Source: Syntrophomonadaceae bacterium (GTDB lineage Bacteria; Bacillota; Dethiobacteria; DTU022; UBA8154). Taken from it: a stretch of DNA of 64,000 nt. This document shows, one piece after another, positions 1 to 12,529 of the stretch. Each line of letters opens with the position of its first letter. The first letter of the stretch is position 1. The notes under the pieces were generated by a model. That model was not told the DNA's origin and did not search any database. It worked only from the letters and a program-made list of their open reading frames with translations. The position numbers and the translations under genes are program-made. Where the stretch lies: positions 2,436 to 66,435 of the forward strand of contig PWRN01000020.1 in the NCBI GenBank assembly GCA_003556225.1, given 5' to 3'.

Positions 1-584
1 AGTATGATCCCAACAGGTCAGCGCGCATCGCGCTGCTGACTTATGCCGACGGCGAAAAACGCTATATCCTTGCGCCGGTAGGGCTGAAGCCAGGTGCCAC
101 TATCAGTTCAGGCGAAGGGTCTGAAATCCGACCTGGGAACTGCTTAAAACTTCGGAATATCCCTGTTGGATCCCTGGTTCATAATGTTGAAATGAAGCCT
201 GGTAAAGGCGGCCAAATGGTCCGATCGGCCGGCAACGTGGCGCAACTTATGGCCAAGGAAGGAAAATATGCCCACATCAAGCTGCCGTCGGGAGAAGTCC
301 GCCTGATCTTGACGGAATGCAAAGCGACTATCGGTCAGGTTGGCAACGTTGATCATGAAAACCTGAGCATTGGTAAAGCAGGCCGCTCACGATGGCTGGG
401 CTATAGGCCCGTTGTTCGGGGTTCCGCGATGAATCCTGTCGATCATCCCCATGGTGGTGGAGAAGGGAAAGCACCCATAGGACGGAAGAGTCCCATGTCA
501 CCCTGGGGGATGCCCACCCTGGGTTATAAAACCCGGACCAAAAAGAAAAAGTCGGATCAATTTATCGTCCGCAAGCGGAGCTAA
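1..584 (+). CDS. rplB: 50S ribosomal protein L2 (5'-truncated by window edge)
   Basis: YDPNRSARI at window start; [13 protein letters not shown] motif. Confidence 0.98.
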   Translation, partial: YDPNRSARIALLTYADGEKRYILAPVGLKPGATISSGEGSEIRPGNCLKLRNIPVGSLVHNVEMKPGKGGQMVRSAGNVAQLMAKEGKYAHIKLPSGEVRLILTECKATIGQVGNVDHENLSIGKAGRSRWLGYRPVVRGSAMNPVDHPHGGGEGKAPIGRKSPMSPWGMPTLGYKTRTKKKKSDQFIVRKRS

Positions 585-670
585 TGTCCAAAGCGTTCTC
601 CTGATGGTTAGTGATAGGTTTCCATGGTTATTTACCAGGACCTCGTATTTTGATATAAAGGGGTGATTGA

Positions 671-955
671 GTGGGACGTTCGGTAAAGAAAGGCCCGTTT
701 GTTGACCAGAGATTAAAGGCCAGAATCGACAAGATGAATAAAACGGGAGAAAAACGCGTGATCAAGACCTGGTCCCGTCGTTCTACCATATTCCCGGATA
801 TGGTTGGGCATACGATAGCCGTCCATGATGGACGAAAACATGTCCCCATCTATATTTCCGAGGATATGGTGGGGCATAAACTCGGAGAATTTTCACCAAC
901 GCGCACGTTTCGCGGCCACGGATCTCACACGGAACGGTCGACTTCTCTCAAGTAG
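671..955 (+). CDS. rpsS: 30S ribosomal protein S19
   Basis: [29 protein letters not shown]. Confidence 0.98.
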   Translation: MGRSVKKGPFVDQRLKARIDKMNKTGEKRVIKTWSRRSTIFPDMVGHTIAVHDGRKHVPIYISEDMVGHKLGEFSPTRTFRGHGSHTERSTSLK

Positions 956-1050
956 GTAGCAGGAATGGGCTGCTTGTTGTTGAGGTGTTACGGCCACTTT
1001 CGATGGGTTTCATTATTTACTGCGGTGCATGAGGTAAGGGGGTATAAGAT

Positions 1051-1392
1051 GTGGAAGCAAAAGCACAAGCCCGTTTTATTCGGATAGCTCCCCGCAAAGC
1101 ACGGATCGTGATGGATTTGATCAGGGGAAAAGGCGTTGACGAAGCTCTTTCCATCCTTCGTTTTACACCCAAGAGGGCATCATCCATCATTGAAAAGGTG
1201 TTGAATTCAGCGATAGCTAACGCTGAACACAACTACGAGATGAAGCGTGAGGATCTTTATATCGACAAAGGTTATGTCGATGAAGGACCTACGTTAAGGC
1301 GTTTCAGGCCACGGGCCATGGGAAGAGCTAGCCGTATAAACAAGCGTACCAGTCATATAACCGTTGTTATACGGGAAAGAGAGGAGGATTAA
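1051..1392 (+). CDS. rplV: 50S ribosomal protein L22
   Basis: [25 protein letters not shown]. Confidence 0.98.
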   Translation: MEAKAQARFIRIAPRKARIVMDLIRGKGVDEALSILRFTPKRASSIIEKVLNSAIANAEHNYEMKREDLYIDKGYVDEGPTLRRFRPRAMGRASRINKRTSHITVVIREREED

Positions 1393-1395
1393 TCG

Positions 1396-2088
1396 TTGGG
1401 TCAAAAAATAAGCCCTATCGGTTTTCGTGTCGGTGTGTTTCGAGATTGGGATGCCCGCTGGTATTCCGAGAAAGACTATACCCAGCTGGTTCACGAGGAC
1501 ATCAAACTTCGCCAGCATATTAAGGGTCAATTAAAAAATTCCGGTGTTTCTCGCATTGAAATTGATCGAGCCGCCAACAACGTGCGGGTGAACATTCATA
1601 CATCCAAACCGGGTATGGTTATCGGCAAAGGTGGCTCGGGTGTTGATCAACTTCGCCGCAACCTGGAAAAGCTTACGGGAAAGAAGCTCCACATCAATAT
1701 CATGGAAATAAAAACCCCGGAAATGGATGCCTACCTGGTTGCCGAAAACGTAGCACAGCAGTTAACAAGGAGAATTGCTTTTCGCCGTGCCATGAAACAG
1801 TCGGTTTTCAGAACCATGCGCGCGGGCGCTAAAGGGGTTAAGATCGTCTGTAAAGGTCGCCTTGGAGGCGCCGAAATGGCTCGAACTGAGAGCTATCATG
1901 AAGGAACGGTTCCATTGCAAACACTCCGTGCTGATATCGATTATGGCTTTGTGGAGGCACATACGTCCTATGGTCGAATCGGCGTAAAAGTATGGATTTA
2001 TAAAGGTGAAATCCTTCCTGAAATGAAAAAGGCAAGTGAGCAGGGCCAGGGAGGAGGGAAAGATCATGCTAATGCCCAAAAGAAGTAA
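1396..2088 (+). CDS. rpsC: 30S ribosomal protein S3
   Basis: [32 protein letters not shown]. Confidence 0.98.
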   Translation: MGQKISPIGFRVGVFRDWDARWYSEKDYTQLVHEDIKLRQHIKGQLKNSGVSRIEIDRAANNVRVNIHTSKPGMVIGKGGSGVDQLRRNLEKLTGKKLHINIMEIKTPEMDAYLVAENVAQQLTRRIAFRRAMKQSVFRTMRAGAKGVKIVCKGRLGGAEMARTESYHEGTVPLQTLRADIDYGFVEAHTSYGRIGVKVWIYKGEILPEMKKASEQGQGGGKDHANAQKK

Positions 2089-2512
2089 ATTTCGTCGACA
2101 CCAACGAGGGCGAATGAAAGGTATATCCAAAGGTGGCACGGAGATCGACTTTGGAGAATACGGGCTGCAGGCGCTGGAACCGAGTTGGGTCACGAGCCAG
2201 CAAATTGAAGCGGCCCGGATTGCCATGACCCGCTATGTTAAGCGGGGTGGGAAAATATGGATCAAAATATTTCCCCACAAACCGGTAACCGAGAAACCGG
2301 CAGAAACTCGGATGGGCAAAGGAAAAGGTTCCCCGGAATACTGGGTTGCCGTGGTGAAGCCGGGAAGAGTCATGTTTGAACTGGCCGGTGTGCCTGAAGA
2401 TACCGCGAGAGAAGCCATGCGCCTGGCGTCCCACAAGCTGCCCGTTAAATGCAAATTTGTGAAAAGAGAAGAAATAGGTGGTGAAGCCCATGAAGGTGAG
2501 CGAGATTCGTGA
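2066..2512 (+). CDS. rplP: 50S ribosomal protein L16
   Basis: MLMPKR start after GGAGG; RMGKGKG motif. Confidence 0.97.
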   Translation: MLMPKRSKFRRHQRGRMKGISKGGTEIDFGEYGLQALEPSWVTSQQIEAARIAMTRYVKRGGKIWIKIFPHKPVTEKPAETRMGKGKGSPEYWVAVVKPGRVMFELAGVPEDTAREAMRLASHKLPVKCKFVKREEIGGEAHEGERDS

Positions 2513-2693
2513 GCTTTCAAACCAGGAGCTTCAGGATAAAATCCGGGAGCTAAAGGAAGAACTGTTTAACCTGCGCTTTCAAATGGTTACCGGCCAACTG
2601 GAAAATACCATGCGGATCCGAGAGGTTCGTAAAACCATTGCCCGCGTAAAAACAGTTCAACGGGAGAGAGAGCTGTCTGCAACCCGAGTTTAA
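2490..2693 (+). CDS. rpmC: 50S ribosomal protein L29
   Basis: [14 protein letters not shown]; operon position. Confidence 0.96.
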   Translation: MKVSEIRELSNQELQDKIRELKEELFNLRFQMVTGQLENTMRIREVRKTIARVKTVQRERELSATRV

Positions 2694-2716
2694 GATGCCA
2701 GAAAGGAGGCAGCGGT

Positions 2717-2974
2717 TTGGAGAGAAATACACGGAAGGTTCGTATTGGCAAAGTGGTCAGCAACAAAATGGACAAGACCGCCGTGGTTGCCGTGGAGCGA
2801 ATCATGCGGCATCCACTATACGGTAAGAGCTTGCGGAAAACACAAAAATATAAGGTTCACGACACCAACAACGAGTGCCGGGTGGGGGATAAAGTGAAGA
2901 TTATGGAAACACGCCCGCTGAGCAAAGAGAAAAGCTGGCGTTTGATCGAAGTGCTGGAGAAGTCACAGTTGTAG
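2717..2974 (+). CDS. rpsQ: 30S ribosomal protein S17
   Basis: [24 protein letters not shown]. Confidence 0.98.
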   Translation: MERNTRKVRIGKVVSNKMDKTAVVAVERIMRHPLYGKSLRKTQKYKVHDTNNECRVGDKVKIMETRPLSKEKSWRLIEVLEKSQL

Positions 2975-2997
2975 CCTGAGCGAAAGGAGGGGCCGAA

Positions 2998-3366
2998 GTG
3001 ATCCAGAACCAAACAGTTCTAAATGTCGCCGATAATACGGGGGCCCGAAAGATTATGTGTATCAGGATCCTTGGTGGCTCCAAGCGAAAAGCAGCCAGTG
3101 TTGGCGATATTATTGTCGCCTCGGTTAAAGAAGCAACCCCCGGAGGAGTTGTGAAAAAAGGAAACGTGGTTCGCGCCGTTATTGTCAGGGTTAAAAGAGG
3201 ATACCAGCGAAATGACGGCACCTTCATCCGCTTTGATGAAAATGCGGCGGTAATTATTAATGAACAGAAAGCCCCCAGGGGTACCCGGATCTTTGGCCCG
3301 GTGGCCAGGGAGCTAAGGGAAAAAGAGTTTATGAGAATTGTTTCTCTTGCTCCGGAAGTGATTTGA
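2998..3366 (+). CDS. rplN: 50S ribosomal protein L14
   Basis: [25 protein letters not shown]. Confidence 0.98.
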   Translation: MIQNQTVLNVADNTGARKIMCIRILGGSKRKAASVGDIIVASVKEATPGGVVKKGNVVRAVIVRVKRGYQRNDGTFIRFDENAAVIINEQKAPRGTRIFGPVARELREKEFMRIVSLAPEVI

Positions 3367-3397
3367 TCAAGGCTGTTTTGTAGAGGAGGTGTGTTTG

Positions 3398-3727
3398 TTG
3401 TCCACACATAAACTTCGGGTTCGCAAAGGCGATCGCGTCCTGATTCTTTCCGGGAAAGATAAGGGGAAAAAGGCAAAAATCATCAGTTCTCTCCCCAGGG
3501 AAAAGAAAGTCCTGGTCGAAGGAATAAATATTATAAAAAAGCACTCCCGCCCCACTCAACGAGTGCCGCAGGGAGGTATCAGGGAGATCGAAGCCCCTAT
3601 TGCATCGAGCAAGGTTATGCTGATTTGTCCCTCCTGCCAGCAGCCGACCCGTATTTTACGCCGGCAGCTTCCTGATGGTAAATCAGTCAGGGCGTGCAAA
3701 AAGTGCAGCGAGAACATTGATAAATAG
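3398..3727 (+). CDS. rplX: 50S ribosomal protein L24
   Basis: KGDRV..LSGKDKGK KOW motif; start chosen from SD spacing. Confidence 0.96.
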   Translation: MSTHKLRVRKGDRVLILSGKDKGKKAKIISSLPREKKVLVEGINIIKKHSRPTQRVPQGGIREIEAPIASSKVMLICPSCQQPTRILRRQLPDGKSVRACKKCSENIDK

Positions 3728-3788
3728 AGTGTGCGAGAAATAGCCAAGGGAGATGCAATGCAGCGCAGGGGAAGGAGGTATATGGAGA

Positions 3789-4331
3789 ATGTCGACCTTA
3801 AGAGAAAAATACTTCGAAGAAGCCCTTCCGGCTTTAATGGAAAAATTCTCTTATCGGAATGCCATGGAGGCTCCGCGACTGGAAAAGATTGTGATCAATA
3901 TGGGGATCGGTGAAGGGAAGGAAAATCCCAAGCTGCTGGATGCCGCCGTGAAAGAGCTTGCCCAGGTTACAGGACAGAGGCCGGTAATTACCAAGGCAAA
4001 AAAATCGGTTGCCAGTTTTAAGCTAAGAGAGGGAATGTCTATCGGTTGTAAAGTAACCCTGCGAGGGAACCGTATGTATGATTTTATGAATAAGCTGATC
4101 AATGTCGCCCTGCCCCGGGTTCGGGATTTTCGAGGAATATCTCCCAAGGCTTTTGATGGCCGCGGGAACTATTCATTAGGATTAAAAGAACAAATTATCT
4201 TTTCGGAGATTGTATATGATGAAGTTGAGAAAATTCAGGGCATGGATATCGCGATTATCACAACAGCAAAAACCGATGAAGAAGCGAAAGAGCTGCTTCG
4301 GCTTTTGGGCATGCCCTTTAGAGCGGCGTGA
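3789..4331 (+). CDS. rplE: 50S ribosomal protein L5
   Basis: [25 protein letters not shown]. Confidence 0.97.
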   Translation: MSTLREKYFEEALPALMEKFSYRNAMEAPRLEKIVINMGIGEGKENPKLLDAAVKELAQVTGQRPVITKAKKSVASFKLREGMSIGCKVTLRGNRMYDFMNKLINVALPRVRDFRGISPKAFDGRGNYSLGLKEQIIFSEIVYDEVEKIQGMDIAIITTAKTDEEAKELLRLLGMPFRAA

Positions 4332-4422
4332 TAGAATGGCAAGCGAATTTTGCCCGATTCAAGAGATGCAATACCCCCTGGAAAGGAGGTGCGACCTGGT
4401 TGCTTGATAACCAGGGATATTT

Positions 4423-4608
4423 GTGGCCAAGAAGTCAATGATAGCCAAAGCAAAGAGGAAGCCCAAGTTTGAAGTGCGCGGATACAACCGCTGTGAGCTT
4501 TGCGGACGTCCGAGAGCCTATATACGCAAGTTTGGAATGTGTCGATTGTGCTTTCGCAAGCTGGCTCACCAGGGTGTGCTTCCGGGTGTAAAAAAGGCCA
4601 GCTGGTAG
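4423..4608 (+). CDS. rpsN: 30S ribosomal protein S14, type Z (zinc-binding)
   Basis: 61 aa; RCELCGRPR...CRLCFR. Confidence 0.97.
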   Translation: MAKKSMIAKAKRKPKFEVRGYNRCELCGRPRAYIRKFGMCRLCFRKLAHQGVLPGVKKASW

Positions 4609-4641
4609 CCCTGTGGTAAGAAAGGAGGTTCGTGTTTTATT

Positions 4642-5037
4642 ATGATGACCGATCCCATTGCAGATATGTTAACAAGAGTGCGCAACGCCAACCTGGCCGG
4701 GCATCAAAAGGTTGAGGTTCCTTCTTCCAGGATGAAGGATGCGATTGCCGAAATTTTAAAAGCTGAAGGATATATCAAGAATTTTGAACGGATTTCCAAT
4801 AACGAGCAGGGAATGTTAAAGCTTTATCTCAAGTATGGTCGAGATTCCCAGCGCGCCATTACGGGCATCAAACGCATTAGCAAGCCCGGGTTGAGAGTCT
4901 ATGCGAAAAAAGACGAACTGCCGCGCGTATTGGGCGGTTTGGGGATCGCCATCATTTCTACATCCCAGGGTCTGATGACCGACAAGGAAGCCGGCAAGGC
5001 AGGCCTGGGTGGCGAAGTGATATGCTATGTCTGGTAG
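4642..5037 (+). CDS. rpsH: 30S ribosomal protein S8
   Basis: [27 protein letters not shown]. Confidence 0.98.
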   Translation: MMTDPIADMLTRVRNANLAGHQKVEVPSSRMKDAIAEILKAEGYIKNFERISNNEQGMLKLYLKYGRDSQRAITGIKRISKPGLRVYAKKDELPRVLGGLGIAIISTSQGLMTDKEAGKAGLGGEVICYVW

Positions 5038-5049
5038 GAGGTGGTAATC

Positions 5050-5589
5050 GTGTCACGTATCGGCAAAAATCCCATCCCCATTCCAGAAGGGGTGGAAATT
5101 AAGGTTAAACCGGGCAATTTAGTTACGGTAACAGGGCCCAAGGGTCAACTGCAAAGACAGGTTCCGACTTGCCTGGAGATTGAGATTGCAGAAGGACAAG
5201 CTTCTGTGCTCCGTCCATCGGACCGCAAGGAACATCGGTCCATGCATGGGCTGGGGCGTACATTACTGGCTAATATGGTTACAGGAGTTACGGAGGGGTT
5301 TTCAAAAAACCTGGAACTGGTCGGTGTGGGCTACAGGGCGGCACTCCAGGGAAAGAACCTGGTGCTGAACGTTGGTTATTCACAACCGGTCCAATTAACG
5401 CCGAAGGAAGGTATCGAGATCGAAGTTCCGTCACCGACGAAAGTGGTGGTGAAGGGGATCGACAAGGAAAGCGTTGGAGATACAGCGGCCCGGATTCGGC
5501 GTATCCGTCCTCCCGAGCCCTATAAGGGGAAAGGGATCAAGTACGAACAGGAATACATCAGGCGTAAAGTTGGAAAGGCAGGAAAATAA
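5050..5589 (+). CDS. rplF: 50S ribosomal protein L6
   Basis: [16 protein letters not shown]. Confidence 0.98.
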   Translation: MSRIGKNPIPIPEGVEIKVKPGNLVTVTGPKGQLQRQVPTCLEIEIAEGQASVLRPSDRKEHRSMHGLGRTLLANMVTGVTEGFSKNLELVGVGYRAALQGKNLVLNVGYSQPVQLTPKEGIEIEVPSPTKVVVKGIDKESVGDTAARIRRIRPPEPYKGKGIKYEQEYIRRKVGKAGK

Positions 5590-5634
5590 TCCAGTGTGCC
5601 TGATGGCAGTATGGTATGAAGGGGTGAAAATAAG

Positions 5635-6003
5635 GTGGCAAGAACAAATGAGAAACTTCTGGCCAGGAAAAAACGACATCGCCGGGTGCGGCGAAAGGTC
5701 AGTGGCACTGCCGATCGTCCTCGGTTAAACGTCTATCGCAGTTTAAAGCACATCTATGCCCAACTGATCGATGATCAAGCGGGAATAACCCTGGTTTCTG
5801 CGTCATCACTGGAACCGGGTTTACGCAACCAATTATCGCCTTCCGGGAATAGCGCAGCAGCTAAGGTAGTTGGAGAACGCCTGGCAGAACGGGCCAGGGA
5901 AAAGGGGATCGAACAGGTTTTGTTCGATCGCGGCGGCTACCTTTATCATGGAAGAGTAAAAGCCCTGGCCGAAGGGGCCAGAGAAAATGGGCTCAAGTTT
6001 TAA
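5635..6003 (+). CDS. rplR: 50S ribosomal protein L18
   Basis: [21 protein letters not shown]. Confidence 0.98.
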   Translation: MARTNEKLLARKKRHRRVRRKVSGTADRPRLNVYRSLKHIYAQLIDDQAGITLVSASSLEPGLRNQLSPSGNSAAAKVVGERLAERAREKGIEQVLFDRGGYLYHGRVKALAEGARENGLKF

Positions 6004-6030
6004 ACCATCATGGGGAAAGGAGGGTAAAGC

Positions 6031-6528
6031 TTGCCAAAAGTTGAACCCAAAGGAGAACTCACAGAACGTGTTGTCAAAATCAATCGGGTAGCCAAGGTTG
6101 TCAAAGGCGGTCGCCGTTTTAGTTTCAGCGCACTTGTTGTCGTGGGAGATGAAAGCGGGACGGTAGGAGCTGGCCTGGGTAAAGCCGGCGAAGTGCCCGA
6201 AGCCATTCGCAAGGGAATTGAAGATGCCAAGAAAAAGTTGGTGTTTGTCCCCATGGAAGGGACAACGATCACCCATCCTGTTACGGGACATTTTGGTGCC
6301 GGGCGGGTTTTATTAAAACCGGCATCTGAAGGTACTGGAGTGATTGCCGGTGGACCGGTCCGCGCGGTCCTGGAGTTGGCTGGCGTAAAAGATATTTTAA
6401 CGAAAAACCTGGGTTCTGCAAACGCCTTGAATATGGTAAATGCGACGATTGAAGGCTTAAAAGCACTCAAGACAAAGGAAGATGTCGCCAAGATACGCGG
6501 CAAAGAGGTTGAAGAGCTCAAGGCATAG
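6031..6528 (+). CDS. rpsE: 30S ribosomal protein S5
   Basis: [22 protein letters not shown]. Confidence 0.98.
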   Translation: MPKVEPKGELTERVVKINRVAKVVKGGRRFSFSALVVVGDESGTVGAGLGKAGEVPEAIRKGIEDAKKKLVFVPMEGTTITHPVTGHFGAGRVLLKPASEGTGVIAGGPVRAVLELAGVKDILTKNLGSANALNMVNATIEGLKALKTKEDVAKIRGKEVEELKA

Positions 6529-6542
6529 GGGAGGAGTATGCG

Positions 6543-6725
6543 TTGAAAAAAATTCGAATTAAGCTGGTTAGAAGTCCCCATGGCTGCAAACCATCACAAC
6601 GTTTAACCATAAAAGCACTGGGTTTAAAACGCATTAATCAAACGGTAGAACAACAGGATACACCCCAGGTCCGGGGGATGATTGATCGGATTCAACACCT
6701 GGTAGTCCTGGAAAAAGATGAGTAA
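6543..6725 (+). CDS. rpmD: 50S ribosomal protein L30
   Basis: 60 aa; [15 protein letters not shown]; operon position. Confidence 0.96.
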   Translation: MKKIRIKLVRSPHGCKPSQRLTIKALGLKRINQTVEQQDTPQVRGMIDRIQHLVVLEKDE

Positions 6726-6773
6726 GAGAACCCCTTTCTCGAATATCATACGTAGAGGAGGTGTCGTAAAACG

Positions 6774-7214
6774 ATGCGGTTACATGAATTAAAAGCGTCT
6801 CCAGGATCGAGAACGGTTTCCAAGCGGGTCGGACGCGGTATCGCATCAGGCCAGGGTAAAACAGCGGGTCGCGGACAAAAAGGCCAAAAAGCCCGTTCCG
6901 GGGGAAGCGTTCGCCGTGGTTTTGAAGGAGGCCAGATGCCCTTGTTTCAGCGTCTTCCCAAGCGTGGATTCACGAATAAATTTCGCACGGAATGGACGGT
7001 TGTCAATATCGAAACGCTCAATCGCTTCGAACCGGGAGCCCTTGTTACACCCGATCTCTTAAAAGAACTGGGCATCGTGAAATCTCTTAAAAAAGGTATC
7101 AAAATACTTGGAAAAGGCAATATAGATAAGGAACTAACCGTTCAAGCGCAGAGTTTTAGCGCCCAGGCCAAGGAGAAAATTGAAGCGGCTGGTGGACGGA
7201 CTGAGGTGATTTAA
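6774..7214 (+). CDS. rplO: 50S ribosomal protein L15
   Basis: [20 protein letters not shown]. Confidence 0.98.
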   Translation: MRLHELKASPGSRTVSKRVGRGIASGQGKTAGRGQKGQKARSGGSVRRGFEGGQMPLFQRLPKRGFTNKFRTEWTVVNIETLNRFEPGALVTPDLLKELGIVKSLKKGIKILGKGNIDKELTVQAQSFSAQAKEKIEAAGGRTEVI

Positions 7215-7216
7215 CC

Positions 7217-8473
7217 ATGCTCGAAACGGTTCGCAATGCCTGGAAAATAACAGAACTTCGCCAGAGGCTTTTGTTTACCCTGGCGATGCTGGTCATCTTC
7301 CGGATTGGAGCTCACATTCCGGTGCCCGGTATAGACCCTTCCTTGTTATCACAGCTTTTCGAAGAAGGAACCCTGTTTGGTTTTGCCGACATCCTGGCCG
7401 GTGGAGCTTTAAGCAACTTCACGGTATTTGCCATGGGAATTATGCCGTATATTAATGCTACGATTATCATGCAGTTGCTGACTGTCGTTGTCCCCAAGTT
7501 TAAGGAATGGAGCGAAGAAGGTGTTGAAGGTCGAAAGAAAATGATCCAGGTAACACGCTACGGCACGGTTGGATTGGCATTCCTGCAAGCAACCGGGATG
7601 ACATTCAGCATTATCCAACCGGCGATCATGGATCACAGCACGTCTTCCTACCTGGTGATTATTATCACCCTGACAGCTGGAACAGCTTTTTTAATGTGGC
7701 TGGGAGAATTAATTACGGAAAAGGGTATCGGTAACGGGATATCCCTGCTCATCTTTGGCGGAATTATTGCTGGAATGCCCGGGGCGATCGGTCGTACTGC
7801 TGAGCTGGTTCTCATCGGCGAAGTTCGCATCTACATGATCATCCCCATTATTTTGGTGCTGCTGGGGTTGATTATTGGCATTGTTGCCCTGGATGTCGGC
7901 CGACGGCGGATACCCGTGCAGTATGCCAAGCGGGTAGTTGGCCGACGGGTTTATGGTGGTCAAAGTACTCATATTCCCTTAAAAGTAAACCAGGCCGGAG
8001 TTATCCCTGTTATTTTTGCGTCGGCCATCCTGATGTTTCCGGCCACGATTGCGGCTTTCATTAACCATCCCTTTGCTCAAAGAATTGCTTCAGCCATGGA
8101 GTGGGGAACGTTATTAAACACCACACTTTATGCAACCTTTATTGTCTTGTTTACCTTTTTTTATACGGCGATCCAGTTTGATCCCATGAAAATTGCCGGC
8201 GATATAAAAAAATACGGGGGATTTATTCCTGGTTTAAGGCCGGGAAGACCGACAGCAGAATATATTGGTCGTGTCTCGAACAGGTTGACTTTTGTTGGCG
8301 CTTTTGCGCTGGCTTTTATCGCCGTTCTGCCCATGTTGTTACAGGACATATCCCGGGTTGAATTGCTTTTTGGAGGGACAGCCCTGATTATTGTCGTCGG
8401 TGTGGCTTTAGAAACCATGCGACAAATTGAAAGTCAGATGATGATGCGGAACTATGAGGGGTTTATGAAATAA
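7217..8473 (+). CDS. secY: preprotein translocase subunit SecY
   Basis: GIMPYINATII, GIGNGISL, IPGLRPG; multiple TM segments. Confidence 0.98.
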   Translation: MLETVRNAWKITELRQRLLFTLAMLVIFRIGAHIPVPGIDPSLLSQLFEEGTLFGFADILAGGALSNFTVFAMGIMPYINATIIMQLLTVVVPKFKEWSEEGVEGRKKMIQVTRYGTVGLAFLQATGMTFSIIQPAIMDHSTSSYLVIIITLTAGTAFLMWLGELITEKGIGNGISLLIFGGIIAGMPGAIGRTAELVLIGEVRIYMIIPIILVLLGLIIGIVALDVGRRRIPVQYAKRVVGRRVYGGQSTHIPLKVNQAGVIPVIFASAILMFPATIAAFINHPFAQRIASAMEWGTLLNTTLYATFIVLFTFFYTAIQFDPMKIAGDIKKYGGFIPGLRPGRPTAEYIGRVSNRLTFVGAFALAFIAVLPMLLQDISRVELLFGGTALIIVVGVALETMRQIESQMMMRNYEGFMK

Positions 8474-8486
8474 GGAGCCTTGCACC

Positions 8487-9233
8487 TTGATTATACTCAA
8501 ATCGTTGAAAGAAATCGAACTGATGCGGCAGGCTGGAAAAATTGTTTCCGCAACATTGGCAGAATTGGGTGAGGCTATAAGGCCGGGGATCACGACCTTG
8601 GAGCTGGATGCCCTGGCGAGACGCTGCATTAAGAAGTCCGGTGGTAGCCCCGCTTTTCTGGGTTATCACGGCTTTCCTGCCAACATCTGCACGTCGATTA
8701 ACGAAGAAGTTGTACACGGTATACCCAGTCTCAGGCGACTAAAATCGGGAGATATTATTAGCATAGATGTGGGTGTTTGCTACAAGGGTTATTATGGAGA
8801 TGCTACGGTTACGTTTCCCGTGGGAGAAATATCTCAGTTGGCCAAGCAGTTGATCGAAGTAAGCCAAAGCGCTTTATACAAGGGAATCGACCAGGCCTGT
8901 GTGGGGAATCGGCTATATGATATCTCCAATGCTATTCAAGTGACTGCGGAATCTGCCGGTTTTTCCGTGGTGCGCAATTACGTGGGTCATGGAATCGGCA
9001 GCCAGATGCATGAAGAACCACAGGTTCCCAACTTTGGAGCCCCCGGCAAAGGGCCGAAGCTGGAGGCCGGAATGGTTCTAGCCATCGAACCCATGGTGAA
9101 TGCCGGAACCTGGGAAGTGGAAACCCTTCAAGACAGCTGGACTGTGGTAACCAAGGACCGCAAACTCTCGGTTCATTTTGAGCATACGGTGGCTATCCTG
9201 GAAGACGGCCCGGAAATCCTGACTGTTTTGTAG
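8487..9233 (+). CDS. map: type I methionyl aminopeptidase
   Basis: SINEEVVHGIP, GHGIG..MHEEP, HFEHT. Confidence 0.97.
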   Translation: MIILKSLKEIELMRQAGKIVSATLAELGEAIRPGITTLELDALARRCIKKSGGSPAFLGYHGFPANICTSINEEVVHGIPSLRRLKSGDIISIDVGVCYKGYYGDATVTFPVGEISQLAKQLIEVSQSALYKGIDQACVGNRLYDISNAIQVTAESAGFSVVRNYVGHGIGSQMHEEPQVPNFGAPGKGPKLEAGMVLAIEPMVNAGTWEVETLQDSWTVVTKDRKLSVHFEHTVAILEDGPEILTVL

Positions 9234-9245
9234 GGAGGAAGTAAG

Positions 9246-9533
9246 GTGGAACTGGGGCAGCTGATTAAATCCCTGGCGGGACGGGATAAAGGAAAGCACT
9301 ATCTCGTAGTTGGCTTTGAAGGCCGGCGTGTTTTACTATCCGATGGACAGTTTCGGCCGGTAAACCGGCCCAAGAGAAAAAATGTAAAGCATTTGCAACC
9401 TTATCGTTGTATATCACCCGAAATCCAAGCTGAGGCTCAAAATAATGCTCTAAGAGACACAACGATTAGAAATGTACTGAATTCGCTGCTCGCTGCTGGA
9501 AACGGACAGAAAAACAAGGAGAACGGTAGTTAA
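9246..9533 (+). CDS. KOW-domain (L14e-like) RNA-binding protein
   Basis: [22 protein letters not shown]; map-infA position typical of Clostridia. Confidence 0.85.
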   Translation: MELGQLIKSLAGRDKGKHYLVVGFEGRRVLLSDGQFRPVNRPKRKNVKHLQPYRCISPEIQAEAQNNALRDTTIRNVLNSLLAAGNGQKNKENGS

Positions 9534-9592
9534 GTCTGGTTATCTCCGGTTTCCATCATTCCAGCATGGTTAGAAAGGAGGGATGTCAGGAT

Positions 9593-9950
<358 letters not shown>

Positions 9951-10031
9951 AAGAAAACCATTGGTTTTGCCGTCATCTTTAGAAAACGTGATAATTGTAA
10001 CTTTTTTTTAGAGACAAGGAGGTGGATTTGT

Positions 10032-10403
10032 ATGGCCAGGATAGCCGGTACTGACTTGCCCAGAGATAAGCGTGTAGAAGTGGCCCTGACCTATATTTTT
10101 GGGATAGGGCGCTCCCGCGCACAGAAAGCGCTGGAGTGGACCCAGATCAACCCCAGCACCCGGATCCGGGATTTAACAGAAGACGAGATTGGCCGGTTAC
10201 GGGAATTTATTGACAAGAACTATGCCGTGGAGGGCGATCTGAGGCGAGATGTTGCTATGAACGTCAAGCGCCTGATGGAGATCGGTTCTTACCGGGGAAT
10301 TCGTCATCGCCGCGGTCTACCCGTTCGCGGGCAGTCGACGAAGAACAACGCGCGTACTCGCAAGGGCGGCAAGAAAACCGTGGGCATACGCCGGAAAAAG
10401 TAA
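10032..10403 (+). CDS. rpsM: 30S ribosomal protein S13
   Basis: [21 protein letters not shown]. Confidence 0.98.
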   Translation: MARIAGTDLPRDKRVEVALTYIFGIGRSRAQKALEWTQINPSTRIRDLTEDEIGRLREFIDKNYAVEGDLRRDVAMNVKRLMEIGSYRGIRHRRGLPVRGQSTKNNARTRKGGKKTVGIRRKK

Positions 10404-10495
10404 TGGTTTCCTTGGCTTAGCGGACTTTTGGAGCCACCGCTTAGCGTGACACATAAGTTTATCCAATCAATATGATCAAAGGAGGGAGAGAAAAC

Positions 10496-10891
10496 TTGGC
10501 CAAACGAAAAACCCAGGCCCGGACAAAGCGCCGGGAGCGCAAAAACGTCGAGCAGGGTATAGCGAATATAAAATCCAGTTTTAATAATACGATGATTACC
10601 ATTACAGATCTGAAAGGAAATAACATCGCCTGGTCCAGTGCCGGCATGGTCGGTTTTAAAGGATCTCGCAAATCTACGCCTTTTGCAGCCCAGTTGGCGG
10701 CGGAACAAGCTGCGCGAACTGCCATGGATCACGGGATGAGGCAGGTCGAGGTGGTCGTAAAAGGCCCCGGAGCCGGTCGAGAAGCTGCCATCCGTTCACT
10801 TCAAGCAGCGGGATTGGAAGTAAACATGATCAAGGATGTTACCCCGATTCCCCATAATGGTTGTCGTCCGCCCAAGCGTCGCCGGGTGTAA
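10496..10891 (+). CDS. rpsK: 30S ribosomal protein S11
   Basis: [28 protein letters not shown]. Confidence 0.98.
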   Translation: MAKRKTQARTKRRERKNVEQGIANIKSSFNNTMITITDLKGNNIAWSSAGMVGFKGSRKSTPFAAQLAAEQAARTAMDHGMRQVEVVVKGPGAGREAAIRSLQAAGLEVNMIKDVTPIPHNGCRPPKRRRV

Positions 10892-10924
10892 AAGTTAACA
10901 TTACAGGAGGTGTACTACCCACGT

Positions 10925-11551
10925 ATGGCCAGATACAAGGATGCTGTCTGTCGGCTGTGCCGCCGGGAAGCCGTTAAGCTTTACCTTAAGGGAGACCGCT
11001 GTTTTAGCGAAAAATGTGCGTTTATGCGCAAAGGTTATATCCCTGGCGAGCACGGGCAAAGCAGGCAGAAGGTTTCGGAATACGGCATGCAGTTAAGAGA
11101 AAAACAAAGGGCTCGTCGGATCTACGGAGTGTTGGAAAACCAGTTCCGGCGCTACTTTAAGGAAGCGGACCGTCGTAAGGGGGTAACAGGAGAAATCCTG
11201 CTGCAGATCCTGGAAAGCCGCCTGGATAACATGGTTTATCGCATGGGGTTTGCCCGCTCCAGGGCAGAGGCCAGGCAGTTAATTCGTCACGGGCATTTTG
11301 AAGTGAACGGTCGTAAGGTGGATATCCCCTCATACCAGACCCGTCCGGGAGATATTGTTTCTGTACGAGAAAACCGCAGGAGCCGCAATTTGTTTAGAGA
11401 AATCGCCGACTGGGGTTCTGCCCAAGGAACTGTAGAATGGCTTGAGGTGGATCGGGAAAACATGAGCGGCAAGGTGATCCGTTTCCCGACCCGGGAAGAA
11501 CTGGATGTCCCCATCACGGAACATCTTATAGTCGAGTTTTATTCACGGTAA
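10925..11551 (+). CDS. rpsD: 30S ribosomal protein S4
   Basis: MARY..CRLCRRE, LESRLDN, IVEFYSR. Confidence 0.98.
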   Translation: MARYKDAVCRLCRREAVKLYLKGDRCFSEKCAFMRKGYIPGEHGQSRQKVSEYGMQLREKQRARRIYGVLENQFRRYFKEADRRKGVTGEILLQILESRLDNMVYRMGFARSRAEARQLIRHGHFEVNGRKVDIPSYQTRPGDIVSVRENRRSRNLFREIADWGSAQGTVEWLEVDRENMSGKVIRFPTREELDVPITEHLIVEFYSR

Positions 11552-11584
11552 CCCAACCTCTAACATATGTTAGGAGGGAATGTT

Positions 11585-12529
11585 TTGATTGAGATGGAAA
11601 AACCGAAGATTGAATGGGTAGAGTCAGGCGATAGAAGCTACGGGCGATTTGTTGTTGAACCCCTGGAAAGGGGCTACGGCATTACGCTGGGCAATTCCCT
11701 GCGACGGATCTTATTATCATCCCTTCCGGGAGCAGCTGTTGTCAGCGTAAAAATCGATGGTGTTTTGCACGAGTTTTCAACCATTCCAAATGTTGTAGAA
11801 GACACCCCGGAAATTATCTTAAACCTGAAAGCATTGAGATTGAAGATTCACTCTGATGAACCGCAGCTACTCATTGTTGACGCCGAAGGAGAAGGGGAAG
11901 TCAGGGCCCGGAACATCAAGGCGCCTTCCGATGTGGAAGTCCTGAACCCGGACCTGCTCATTGCCACGTTGGAAGAGGGGGGTCGCCTCTATATGGAGAT
12001 AACAGCCAGTGTAGGCAGGGGATACGTTCCCGCTGAACGCAATAAGACACCGAACCAACCCATTGGCGTTATCCCGATAGACTCACTTTTTACACCCATT
12101 AAAAAAGTGAACTTTACGATCGAAGACACCCGCGTAGGGCAGGTGACGGATTTTGATAAGTTAACCCTGGAAATATGGGCCGACGGCAGCATCCGTCCAG
12201 ATGAGGCTATCAGCTTGGGAGCAAAGATCTTAAGCAAGCACTTAAGTCTTTTTATCAACTTAACCGATAAAGAGCCGGATGTAGATATGCCTGAAGATAC
12301 GGAAGACGAGGACAAAGGGAAGGCTCTGGAGATGACCATAGAAGAGCTGGATCTCTCCGTACGTTCCTATAATTGCCTGAAGCGTGCGGGAATAAACACG
12401 GTTGATGAATTAATCCGAAAATCGGAAGAAGAGATGATGAAGGTTCGCAACCTGGGTAAAAAATCGCTGGAAGAGGTTCAAAACAAGCTGGCAGAGATGG
12501 GCTTAAGCCTTCGAAGTGAAAATGAATAG
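11585..12529 (+). CDS. rpoA: RNA polymerase subunit alpha
   Basis: [30 protein letters not shown]. Confidence 0.98.
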   Translation: MIEMEKPKIEWVESGDRSYGRFVVEPLERGYGITLGNSLRRILLSSLPGAAVVSVKIDGVLHEFSTIPNVVEDTPEIILNLKALRLKIHSDEPQLLIVDAEGEGEVRARNIKAPSDVEVLNPDLLIATLEEGGRLYMEITASVGRGYVPAERNKTPNQPIGVIPIDSLFTPIKKVNFTIEDTRVGQVTDFDKLTLEIWADGSIRPDEAISLGAKILSKHLSLFINLTDKEPDVDMPEDTEDEDKGKALEMTIEELDLSVRSYNCLKRAGINTVDELIRKSEEEMMKVRNLGKKSLEEVQNKLAEMGLSLRSENE

